From Verrucomicrobiota bacterium (GTDB lineage: Bacteria > Verrucomicrobiota > Verrucomicrobiia > Limisphaerales > JAXMHQ01): a stretch of DNA of 64,000 bases. Below, piece after piece: positions 27,692 to 36,520 of the stretch (positions are counted from its first letter, which is position 1; the number at the start of each line of letters is the position of its first letter). The notes under the pieces are model-generated. The model had not been told where the DNA came from and did not search any database. It worked only from the letters and a program-made list of their open reading frames with translations. The stretch lies in contig JAXMHQ010000027.1 of the NCBI GenBank assembly GCA_046346665.1, positions 2,299 through 66,298 of the forward strand. The letters run 5' to 3'. A program made the position numbers and the translations under genes.

Positions 27692-30600
27692 TGGAAATCG
27701 CGCCGTTTTTGGTGGGAATCGGCCGCTGCTCGCTCCAGGCCGGGGCGCTGGTGCTGATGGTTCTGCTTGTGCAATGGCTGTTGCGCCGGCGGCTCTCGCC
27801 CAGGTGGCGCTGCGCGCTCTGGCTGCTGGTGGCCGGCCGGCTGATGCTCCCCGTGTCGCTGAGCAGCAGCTTCAGCCTGTTCAATCTCGTCCCGCAATCG
27901 CCCCCTCCGCCCGCACCCTCAACGAGGGCCCCGGCCGATGGGGCCGGATATCGCCCTGCGGTAATGGATTTCTCCGCCCCGAAAATCGAAACCATCCCCC
28001 GTTTCGCGGCGGAACCGTTGCTGCCGCCCGCGATGAAAAACCCCGTCGCGCAGCCTGACCTTGCGACCGGCCATCACCTCCCATGGAACGGGATCCTCTT
28101 CTCCGCCTGGCTGGCCGGCGTGCTGGTTCTGGGCGGCCGGCTGGCGGGATCCACGTTCCGGCTGCGACGCCGCATTTCGACGCTGCCTGCCCTCCTCGAT
28201 CCCGAAGTGGAATCCGTCGTCGAATTGTGCCGCAGGCAAATGGGCATGCGTTCCAGCCCGAGGGTGGTGGAGACCGGGGTGGTGTCCAGCCCGGCCTTGT
28301 ACGGCGTCTTCCGGCCGCGGTTGTTGTTGCCGCCGGGCATTGCCGGCCGGTTCACATCCCGGGAGTTGAGATTCATCTTCCTCCACGAATTCGCTCACCT
28401 CAAACGTCGGGACCTGCTCGTGCAATGGGTGTTCGCAACGCTCCAGATCCTGCACTGGTTCAACCCGCTGGTCTGGCTCGCGTTCGCCCGCTGGCGCGCC
28501 GACCGTGAGCTGGCCTGCGACGCGCTTGTTCTGGAAACCGGCGGGGAGGGACAGAATCGTGACTATGGCCGGACGATCCTGCACCTGCTGGAAAGCCTTC
28601 CCGGGCGGGCGCCGACGGCCGGGACGGTGGGCATCCTGGAGGACAAACAACAATTGCGGCGGCGCATCCAGGAAATCGCCCGATTCAAACCCGCCACCCG
28701 CGGTTCCCTGCTCGCCATCTTCCTGCTTGCCGCCATTGCCGTCGGCTGCCTCACCGATGCCAGGAGCCGGTCCACATCGCCCGCGGCAAAACCGCACGCG
28801 GCGCTTCCGCTCCCGCTGGATCTGACCCGTTATCAGCTGCCGTGGATGGTCAACTTTGCCCAAATCACCAATATCGCCGCGCATCAGACGCTGGACGGAC
28901 TCCCGTTCAACACCGACGGCAACGCCGTTCTCTACGGACAAGGCTGCGAAATGCGGTCGCGCAACGTCTATCCCCGCCAACTCGAAGGCATCCGGGTCGG
29001 CTGCGCCTTCGCCGAGCTGCACCTGGTGCACTATGGGATCTGGCTGGAAATGGACGGATCCGAACTGGCCCTTATCCGGCTGAATTACGCGGATGGAACC
29101 CACGCAGAGTTGCCCATGATCTACGGGGTGCACTTCAGGGACTGGCTGCGCCAGCCAACCGAAGAAAAAGAGACGGTATCGGACCCGGACACCAAGATTT
29201 GTTTCCGCTTTCCCCAGGCCGAAGGCGGCACCCGGCTCTTCAAGACGAAATTGCTGAACCCCCAACCGAAAAAAATCGTGGAATCGATCGACGTCCTTTC
29301 CACCGGCCATTTCGGCTCCTACGTCCTGGTCGCCGCGACAGTCGCGGCCAAGGATTCCTCACGCCCGATCACGCCTGGCCTGCCCTGGCTGCCGGATCGC
29401 CATTTCGACGGAACCCTAGCCGTGCGGGTCGTGGACCAGGACAACGGTTTGCCCATTGCGGGAGCCCTGGCATTGAATGCGATGGCGGCCGCCGCCCCGG
29501 CAAACTGGTCGCCGCTGTTCTATTCCGATACGAACGGGGTCGGGAAAATCCACTTTCCTGTCGGCCACACCGACATGATTTCAGTCCAGGTGCAGAAGGA
29601 CGGATATCAGCCGGCCTCCGTCGGGTGGCAGAACGAGGCCATACCCGCGCAATACACGATCCGGCTTTCGAAGAACCCTGTTTCCCCCGCCGCGGGCGCG
29701 GAATCGCAGGAGCCGCTGTGCCTGGATATCCGGCGATTTTACCATGATTTGATGAGCCGTCCGGAGGATCCGCTGAAGGCGTTTGGCGGACGGCAGGTGA
29801 TTGACGGGCTGCCTTTCCAGCTCGATGGCGAAGCGATGCTGTTCAGCACGTCTTCTTCCGAAACGGACCTGCCTTTGGAGCTGTCAGGCATTCGCATTGA
29901 CCGCAGGTTCGACGAACTCGACCTGATCGATTACGCCGGCTGGCCCGATGTTGACGGGGAAACCGTGGCGTTCATCCGGTTGAACTACGCCGACGGAACC
30001 CAGCATGATTTCCCAATTCTGTACGGAGTGCACGTGCGCGATTGGTTCCAGATGCCGTCGGAGGAAAAGGAGATCCTGACAGACCCGGACACCAAGGTCT
30101 GCTGGCGCCGCCCGCCGTTGTATTTCAAAGCTCCCATCCGCATCTTCAAAAGCCGGCTGCTCAATCCGCATCCGGAGAAGGTTGCCTCCACCATGGACGT
30201 CATTTCGGCGAAGCATCGGTCCACTTACACGCTGGTCGCCGCGACCGTGGCGAATCGTGATCCGAACCGCCCGGTGACGCCGCCCGCCCCGCCGCTGGTG
30301 CCGGACCGGCCGTTTGACGCGGCGGTCGTCATCCAGGTGCTCAACGACCAGACCGGCCAGCCGATCCCGGACGTGGTGCTGAGCCCCTATTTCACGGTGG
30401 ATGATGAGGGCATTGTCGGCAATCCAATCAAGACTTCCGCCGACGGCATTGGCCGGATGCGCTACCCAAAGGCCCGAACCGCATCGCTGAGTGTGACTTC
30501 CGTGTCGGAAGGGTATTCAACCATGGGCGCCAACTGGCAGGCGGGATCCATCCCCGGCGAGATCACGTTTCGGCTCACTCCGGAGAAGGTCTACACCGGC

Positions 30601-33117
30601 AGGATCAGCGGCGTCGTGGTCGATGAAAAGGGCCGGCCGGTCCTCAACGCCACCGTTCGCGCCGAAGCATATAATTTTGGCTACCCAAACGCCCCGTTCG
30701 TCCGTCTGCCGAGGGCGGCCATCCAGACGGATGGGGAGGGGCGGTGGACACTGACGGGCTTCCCGGAGAAGTTCCAGGACTTCGGATTGACGGTCCATTG
30801 CCAGGGCTATCCCGAACTGACCTTCCTGGCCGACGGCCCGATCGATCGCGGCATCATCGGCAAGCACGTCAGCACCGCGGATTTCTGGTCGGGCAAAGCC
30901 GTGCTGCAACTGGAGCGGGGCGCCGAATTATCCGGCGCCGTGCGTGACATTGAGGGCAAACCCGTGACCAATGCCGTGGCCTACCTCGGATTCAACCGCG
31001 TTGGCAACGCCTCGATGACAGCGAGGACCGATGCCACAGGCCGTTTTACGTTGAGCGCCTTAAAACTGGGGGATGACTATCTCACGATCACGGCCGGAGG
31101 CCTCAGCCCGCATTACCAAATGATTAAGATTGCTTCGACCAATCCTCCCCTGGACCTGGTCCTCAAGCCGGCCCGGGCGATTCGCGGGCGGGTGGTGGAC
31201 TCCGCGGGCCAGCCGGTGCCCGGAGCGAGCGTGATCTACGACGGTTTAAACAGCGGGATGGTCCGGATGGAGCACCGGGAGGAGTGGCTATCGCGAACCG
31301 ATGCGGAGGGCAGGTTCAGCTGGGACTCGGCACCCGCACCTGCGTTTCTTCTGAATGTCTCTAAACCGGGTTACATGGCACTCCTCTGGTCAACCGTTCC
31401 GGCAGAGATCACGAATGAAATCGCGCTCAAGCTGGCACCACCTTTGAAAATCCACGGATCGGTCATCGACGCCGACACCGGGGAACCCATCGGCAGCTTC
31501 CGCGTCACGCCAGGCTGGCCCCAAAACGGATTGGCGCAGGTCCGCCTGCAGGAGGAGCAGGGAAAAACATTTTCCGCGGGGCGCTACGAACTCACGCTCG
31601 ACCAGCCGCTGGTGATCAGCACCTCGCCTTACGACTACGTCCTCCAGATAAGCGCCGAGGGCTACGCTCCCGTGCTGTCACCCTTGATCCGGCCGGATGC
31701 CGGCGATGCCCCATTTGACGCGAAGCTCAAGAAAACCCCCATGATCGATGGCCGAATCCTGGATTCGCAAGGCAATCCGATGGCGTCTGCCTCCGTCCAA
31801 ATCGCCGGGCCGGAGGACTACCTGCAATTGTCGGGTACGCGAATCGTGAATCAAGGCAACCAGGCAACCTCTATCCAATCCGATACCAAAGGCCGCTTCA
31901 AGCTGGCGCCGCGCATCGGCAGTTATGCGCTGATCGCGGCTGCAGATTCCGGTTTTGGCATCGTTCAGAGCGATGACATCTCGAACCGGGTGGACCTGGT
32001 GGTGAAGCCGTGGGGCCGAATTGAAGGCGTCCTGCTCAAAAACGGCCGGCCGGCCGGCAATGAGTCCGTTTACTATTTCGCCGGGGCCAGCACATCGCAG
32101 CAAATCAATACGACGCCGGCTTCCACCGATGCCGAAGGCCGGTTCGTCCTCGAACACGTCCCGCCGGGCGACATCAAACTTCAATTGAAACAACCCCTGT
32201 CCGAACGGTCCTGGTCGTATCTCCCCCTGCAAAGCCTGGTCGTGGATGCCGGCGCGACAAACCGGGTGACCGTCACGCTCGAAGGCCGCGACGTGATCGC
32301 ACACCTGGCGCTTCCGGCCGACCTCACCGGCGACCTCGGCGCCCTCGAGGGCAATATCATGCTCACGCCGGACATCACCAATCGCCCGGCGGTGCCGAAG
32401 GATACCCCGGATCCCGGACGCTGGATGCGCGACTGGCTGAAGACCGCTGCGGGGCGGGATTACCAGGAAGCCATGAACCGGCGCCGATTTCTGCGGAGGG
32501 ATTCGGACGGCACGTTGCGCGGCAGCAGTGTAACGCCTGGAAGTTATCACGTGACCGGGTCCTTTTATCAAAACGGATCCACCCTGGCGCAGTTGGAGAC
32601 CACAAATGTAGTGATTCCCGGCCCCGGCGGGGGAGAGGAAGACAAGCCGCTTGATTTGGGCACCTTCAAAGTCAAAGCCCTGAAGACACTCAAAGTGGGG
32701 GCGATGGCTCCTGATTTTCATGTTAAAACCCTCGACGGCGCGCCGCTCTCCTTGTCGCAATTCCGGGGCAAATACGTCCTGCTCGATTTCTGGGCGGTCT
32801 GGTGCGGACCCTGCGTGGCCGAAACGCCGCACCTGAAAGCGGTCTATGATGCGTTCCAAAAGAATGACCGCTTCGCAATGGTCAGCCTCAGCCTGGATCC
32901 GGACGTGGAAACGCCAAAAAAATTCTCACGGGAGAAGCAAACCGCCTGGATCCAGGGCTTCCTTGGGGAATGGTCCAAGGATACGTTGACCGCCGATTAC
33001 GGTGTTTACAGCATTCCATCGATCTTCCTGGTCGGCCCGGACGGCCGGATCGTGGCGATGGGCCTTCGTGGACCAGCCATTATGGCAGCGGTGGAGGCGG
33101 CGCTCAATGCCCGCTAA
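27682..33117 (+). CDS. Giant BlaR1/M56-peptidase sensor fused to repeated extracytoplasmic domains and a C-terminal TlpA/ResA-like thioredoxin
   Basis: The start MQMMEIAPFLVG overlaps the blaI stop. M56 zinc motif FLHEFAHLKRRD. A TM segment follows at about aa 390. Then come two units of about 300 aa, at least six CarboxypepD_reg-like beta-sandwich signatures (for example IRGRVVDSAGQPVPGASV), and a C-terminal FWAVWCGPC thioredoxin motif. Confidence 0.85.
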   Translation: MQMMEIAPFLVGIGRCSLQAGALVLMVLLVQWLLRRRLSPRWRCALWLLVAGRLMLPVSLSSSFSLFNLVPQSPPPPAPSTRAPADGAGYRPAVMDFSAPKIETIPRFAAEPLLPPAMKNPVAQPDLATGHHLPWNGILFSAWLAGVLVLGGRLAGSTFRLRRRISTLPALLDPEVESVVELCRRQMGMRSSPRVVETGVVSSPALYGVFRPRLLLPPGIAGRFTSRELRFIFLHEFAHLKRRDLLVQWVFATLQILHWFNPLVWLAFARWRADRELACDALVLETGGEGQNRDYGRTILHLLESLPGRAPTAGTVGILEDKQQLRRRIQEIARFKPATRGSLLAIFLLAAIAVGCLTDARSRSTSPAAKPHAALPLPLDLTRYQLPWMVNFAQITNIAAHQTLDGLPFNTDGNAVLYGQGCEMRSRNVYPRQLEGIRVGCAFAELHLVHYGIWLEMDGSELALIRLNYADGTHAELPMIYGVHFRDWLRQPTEEKETVSDPDTKICFRFPQAEGGTRLFKTKLLNPQPKKIVESIDVLSTGHFGSYVLVAATVAAKDSSRPITPGLPWLPDRHFDGTLAVRVVDQDNGLPIAGALALNAMAAAAPANWSPLFYSDTNGVGKIHFPVGHTDMISVQVQKDGYQPASVGWQNEAIPAQYTIRLSKNPVSPAAGAESQEPLCLDIRRFYHDLMSRPEDPLKAFGGRQVIDGLPFQLDGEAMLFSTSSSETDLPLELSGIRIDRRFDELDLIDYAGWPDVDGETVAFIRLNYADGTQHDFPILYGVHVRDWFQMPSEEKEILTDPDTKVCWRRPPLYFKAPIRIFKSRLLNPHPEKVASTMDVISAKHRSTYTLVAATVANRDPNRPVTPPAPPLVPDRPFDAAVVIQVLNDQTGQPIPDVVLSPYFTVDDEGIVGNPIKTSADGIGRMRYPKARTASLSVTSVSEGYSTMGANWQAGSIPGEITFRLTPEKVYTGRISGVVVDEKGRPVLNATVRAEAYNFGYPNAPFVRLPRAAIQTDGEGRWTLTGFPEKFQDFGLTVHCQGYPELTFLADGPIDRGIIGKHVSTADFWSGKAVLQLERGAELSGAVRDIEGKPVTNAVAYLGFNRVGNASMTARTDATGRFTLSALKLGDDYLTITAGGLSPHYQMIKIASTNPPLDLVLKPARAIRGRVVDSAGQPVPGASVIYDGLNSGMVRMEHREEWLSRTDAEGRFSWDSAPAPAFLLNVSKPGYMALLWSTVPAEITNEIALKLAPPLKIHGSVIDADTGEPIGSFRVTPGWPQNGLAQVRLQEEQGKTFSAGRYELTLDQPLVISTSPYDYVLQISAEGYAPVLSPLIRPDAGDAPFDAKLKKTPMIDGRILDSQGNPMASASVQIAGPEDYLQLSGTRIVNQGNQATSIQSDTKGRFKLAPRIGSYALIAAADSGFGIVQSDDISNRVDLVVKPWGRIEGVLLKNGRPAGNESVYYFAGASTSQQINTTPASTDAEGRFVLEHVPPGDIKLQLKQPLSERSWSYLPLQSLVVDAGATNRVTVTLEGRDVIAHLALPADLTGDLGALEGNIMLTPDITNRPAVPKDTPDPGRWMRDWLKTAAGRDYQEAMNRRRFLRRDSDGTLRGSSVTPGSYHVTGSFYQNGSTLAQLETTNVVIPGPGGGEEDKPLDLGTFKVKALKTLKVGAMAPDFHVKTLDGAPLSLSQFRGKYVLLDFWAVWCGPCVAETPHLKAVYDAFQKNDRFAMVSLSLDPDVETPKKFSREKQTAWIQGFLGEWSKDTLTADYGVYSIPSIFLVGPDGRIVAMGLRGPAIMAAVEAALNAR

Positions 33118-33120
33118 GCC

Positions 33121-33306
33121 GTCTCTATAAAGTTCAAAAAAACTCAAACTCACGCAGAGACGCAGAGGACGCAGAGGGCCGCAGCGAAACGGGTCAGACA
33201 AATCGCTCACTAATCGGTGACCCCGAAAGAGCCGCCAGTTCTCTGCGAATCTCTGCGCCCTCTGCGCCTCTGCGTTTATCCCCAGGAAAACCAACTGCAT
33301 AGAGAC
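33121..33306. mobile_element. 186-bp MITE-like palindromic element (CGCAGAG-type core)
   Basis: Terminal inverted repeats are GTCTCTAT (33121-33128) and ATAGAGAC (33299-33306). Internal inverted arms are CGCAGAGACGCAGAGGACGCAGAGGGC and GCCCTCTGCGCCTCTGCG. The element is flanked by GCTAAGCC (33113-33120) and GGCTAAGCC (33307-33315). Confidence 0.6.
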
Positions 33307-33315
33307 GGCTAAGCC

Positions 33316-33501
33316 GGAACGATTCAGTTGAAAAGGCTTTTAACCACGGATAAACACGGATGGACACGGATAAAAAACCGCCGCACTCCTAGAATCAAAC
33401 CCAAACCAAACGGTGAGTTGAAAGCACCCCCGGAAACTGGCTTTCACCATTCTGTATCCGTGTGAATCCGTGTTCATCCGTGGTTTAAACTGAATCGTTC
33501 C
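33316..33501. mobile_element. 186-bp MITE-like palindromic element (ATCCGTG-type core)
   Basis: 14-bp terminal inverted repeats are GGAACGATTCAGTT (33316-33329) and AACTGAATCGTTCC (33488-33501). Internal arms are AACCACGGATAAACACGGATGGACACGGAT and ATCCGTGTGAATCCGTGTTCATCCGTGGTT. The element is flanked by GGCTAAGCC (33307-33315) and GGCTAAGAC (33502-33510). Confidence 0.6.
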
Positions 33502-33514
33502 GGCTAAGACCCCT

Positions 33515-33565
33515 GCCCGCGGCTGGTGCGTCCTTCGCGCCTGCGGAATAAAAACAAAGCTCTGA
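33515..33565 (+). pseudogene. Orphan 3' fragment of a DUF2892 gene (encodes ARGWCVLRACGIKTKL-stop)
   Basis: The first 32 bp are identical to 26982-27013, inside the intact DUF2892 gene. The following codons still encode GIKT(K/R)L-stop but with different nucleotides. No upstream coding part is present. Confidence 0.7.
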
Positions 33566-33617
33566 TCTGGCGGATTGACTTGACCCGGTTCGGCCCGCCG
33601 GTTTACGGATTTCGGCC

Positions 33618-34715
33618 ATGGGCACTCACCAGGCCTCGCTCCTGCTCCCATCCACCGGCGTCTACAAGGACCTCGGCCCCGCCCTGCTGGACACCCTCCA
33701 GTCCGCAGGCTGGTCCGCCACACTCCGCCCCGCCGCCGATGCCTCGATTCTTGAATCCGACCTGGTGCTCTGCGCCGGACAATGCCGCAACATCGATCGC
33801 CTCGGCAAAATCCTGTCGCGCCGGCGCGGCCGCAAACCGCATGTAATCGCCTGGCAACTGGAACCGCTGCCGCCCGCATCGCTCAGCCCCGAAGGCGAAG
33901 CCGTCGGCTGGAGAGCGAGCGCCTGGGATTGGGGCCGCCTGCCCCGGCCCGCCCGCAAAATCCTCAACGCCCTCGTCCCGTTCCGCACCCGCCTGTTCCG
34001 CGCCCTCCAGCGATCCGCCGCCGCTTCGTACTCCCGCGCCGTCGTTCACGAACCCGGACACCAGGGCTGGGGATCCTACGATCCCGACATCTTCGTCGTC
34101 GCCATGTCGGAATGGCGCTGGATCAAAGCCGCCCACGAACACGGCTGGATCGACCGCCTCTACGCCAGCAACCGCCCCCGGTCCGACTTCCTCCGCAGCC
34201 GCGGCCTCGATGCGCCCGTCGTGCCGGTCGGCTGGCACCGCTCCTGGGGCCGCGACCTCGGGCGGCCGCGCGACATCGACATCCTGTTTCTTGGCAGCGC
34301 CGGCACGGACGCCCGCGGGGATGCCTTGCGCCAATTAGACTCTGAACTGGCCGCGCGCGCGCGGTCGATCACCTTTGCGGAGGGCGCCTACGGCCCCGAT
34401 CGCGAACGCCTGCTCAACCGCGCACGAATCGTCCTGAGCCTCCTCCGCGCCCCGCACGACCTCGCCGGCATGCGCGTGCTCATGGGCCTCGCCTGCGGCG
34501 CGCTCGTCGTGTCGGAGTCCTGCCCCGATACCAACGCCTTCACGCCGGGCGAACATTTCGTCATGGCACCACGCGCGCAGCTCGCGGATTGCCTCTGCCA
34601 TTACCTCGACAACGAACCCGAACGCGCCCGCATCGCCCGACAGGGCTGCGCGTTCGTCAACCGGGAATTGACTCTGGAACGTTCCCTCGCCACGATGCTC
34701 CAGCCTGTCTGCTGA
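33618..34715 (+). CDS. Glycosyltransferase, CgeB / GT1-like C-terminal domain
   Basis: 365 aa. The C-terminal half (DILFLGS...RERLLNRARIVLSL...GMRVLMGLACGALVVSE...G.HFV) resembles the Glyco_trans_1_2/CgeB family. The N-terminal half was not recognised. Confidence 0.55.
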   Translation: MGTHQASLLLPSTGVYKDLGPALLDTLQSAGWSATLRPAADASILESDLVLCAGQCRNIDRLGKILSRRRGRKPHVIAWQLEPLPPASLSPEGEAVGWRASAWDWGRLPRPARKILNALVPFRTRLFRALQRSAAASYSRAVVHEPGHQGWGSYDPDIFVVAMSEWRWIKAAHEHGWIDRLYASNRPRSDFLRSRGLDAPVVPVGWHRSWGRDLGRPRDIDILFLGSAGTDARGDALRQLDSELAARARSITFAEGAYGPDRERLLNRARIVLSLLRAPHDLAGMRVLMGLACGALVVSESCPDTNAFTPGEHFVMAPRAQLADCLCHYLDNEPERARIARQGCAFVNRELTLERSLATMLQPVC

Positions 34716-34718
34716 ACC

Positions 34719-35870
34719 ATGATCCCCACGTTTCGGCCCCACCTCGACGGCGATGAACTGCGCGCCGTTGGACGCGTCTTCGACAGCCGCTGGCTCGGAA
34801 TGGGCGACGCCGTCCGCGCCTTCGAAGAGCGCCTCCAGGAATTCCTCGGCGTTCCGCACGTGGTCGCCGTCGGCCACGGCACCGCCGCCCTGCACCTCGC
34901 CCTGGATGCGCTCGATCTCCAGCCCGGCGACGAAGTGCTCGTCCCCTCGCTCACCTTCGTCGCCACCGTCCAGGCCATCCGCCTCGCCGGCGCCATCCCG
35001 GTGTTCTGCGAAGTCGATCCCGAATCGCTCAACCTCGATGTCGCGGACGCCCTCGACCGGCTGTCCCCCCGGACCCGCGCCGTGATGCCGGTTCATTTCG
35101 CCGGGTTGCCTTGCGACATGGAACCCCTCGTCGACGCCGGCAGGCGCCACGGCTTCCGCATTGTGGAGGATGCCGCCCACGCCTTCGGCGCCGGCCTGAA
35201 CGGGCGTAAAATCGGCGCCTGGGGCGACCTCACTTGTTTCAGTTTCGATTCGATCAAACACATCACCTGCGGGGAAGGCGGCGCCGTCTAGAAAAAAAAC
35301 GCCGACTGGGCGGAACGCCTCCGGCAGCGCCGCCGGCTCGGCATGGACCCCGCCGCGCCCGGCGAAGGCCGCGTCGATGCCCACTGGCAATACGGTGTCA
35401 TGGGCCACGGCTTCCGCTATCACATGTCGGACATCAACGCCGCCATCGGCCTGGTCCAACTGGAAAAACTGCCGCGGTTTCTCCAGCGCAAACGCCAGAT
35501 CGTCCGGCGCTACGACGAGGAATTGTCCGGTTTGCCCGGCCTCCAGTTCGTCCGCCGCAACCTCGAGGAAGCCTGCCCCTGGGCTTACGTACTGCGCATC
35601 CTGAACGGCCGGCGCGAGGCCTTCCGCGATCACCTCCGGAATCGCGGAATCGCCACCCTGGTCCAGTTCGTGCCCAACCATCTCCAGCCCGCATTCGCTC
35701 CCTGGCGCACCCCGCTGCCCGTCACCGAGCGGCTCTTCGACGAAATCGTCACCCTTCCACTCTTCACCGAAATGACCGACGCCGATGTCGATCAGGTCCT
35801 GGCTGCCGCAAAATCATTTCTGGACGTCCCGGCGCGCGTGGAGCTGGCCTGCGGAGCCCCCACCCCATGA
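34719..35870 (+). pseudogene. DegT/DnrJ/EryC1/StrS-family sugar aminotransferase interrupted by one in-frame TAG
   Basis: ORFs 34719..35291 and 35343..35870 are in the same frame. Translation across the junction reads CGEGGAV-stop-KKNADWAERLRQRRRLGMD, which continues the family alignment. The TAG is at 35289-35291 and is followed by an A8 run (35292-35299). Confidence 0.75.
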
Positions 35871-36517
35871 ACCCGGATCCCAAACCAATCTTCATTCTCG
35901 GCACGGGCTCGTTCGCTGTTGAAACCGCCGATATGGCGGGCGACATTCCGGGGATTCGCGTCGCCGGGTTCGTCGAAAACCAGGACCGGGCAAAGTGCGA
36001 TGCGCCCCTCGAAGGACTGCCGGTGCATTGGTTTGAGGAATTGAAATCCCTCTCCGCCGGACACTGGTTCGCCTGCGGACTGGGAACCACCCACCGGGCC
36101 CGCTTCACCGACCAGGCGGATGCCGCCGGATGCCGCTTCGCCACGCTGGTTCATCCCACCGCGCGCGTGTCCACCACCACCACCCTCGGCGAAGGCAGCA
36201 TCGTGCACCCCGGCGCCCTCATCGCCTCCCATACCCGGATCGGTCGCCACGTCTGCATCAATCGCGGCGCCACCGTCGGGCACCACGCCGTCCTGGACGA
36301 TTTCGTCACCATCGGCCCCGGCGTCAACCTCGCCGGCAACGGCCACATCCACACGGCCGTCTATGTCGGCATCGGCGCCACCATCATCGACCACATCACT
36401 ATCGGCGCGGGATCCGTCATCGGCGCCGGCGCCGTGGTCACCGAAGCCGTCCCCGACCGCGTGCTCGCGGTCGGCGTTCCGGCGCGCATCGTCAAACGCG
36501 ACATCGCAGGCAAATAA
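35867..36517 (+). CDS. NeuD/PglD-family sugar N/O-acetyltransferase (left-handed beta-helix)
   Basis: PIFILGTGSFAVE N-terminal Rossmann-like part followed by hexapeptide repeats. The ATG overlaps the DegT stop (ATGA). Confidence 0.75.
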   Translation: MNPDPKPIFILGTGSFAVETADMAGDIPGIRVAGFVENQDRAKCDAPLEGLPVHWFEELKSLSAGHWFACGLGTTHRARFTDQADAAGCRFATLVHPTARVSTTTTLGEGSIVHPGALIASHTRIGRHVCINRGATVGHHAVLDDFVTIGPGVNLAGNGHIHTAVYVGIGATIIDHITIGAGSVIGAGAVVTEAVPDRVLAVGVPARIVKRDIAGK

Positions 36518-36520
36518 CCC

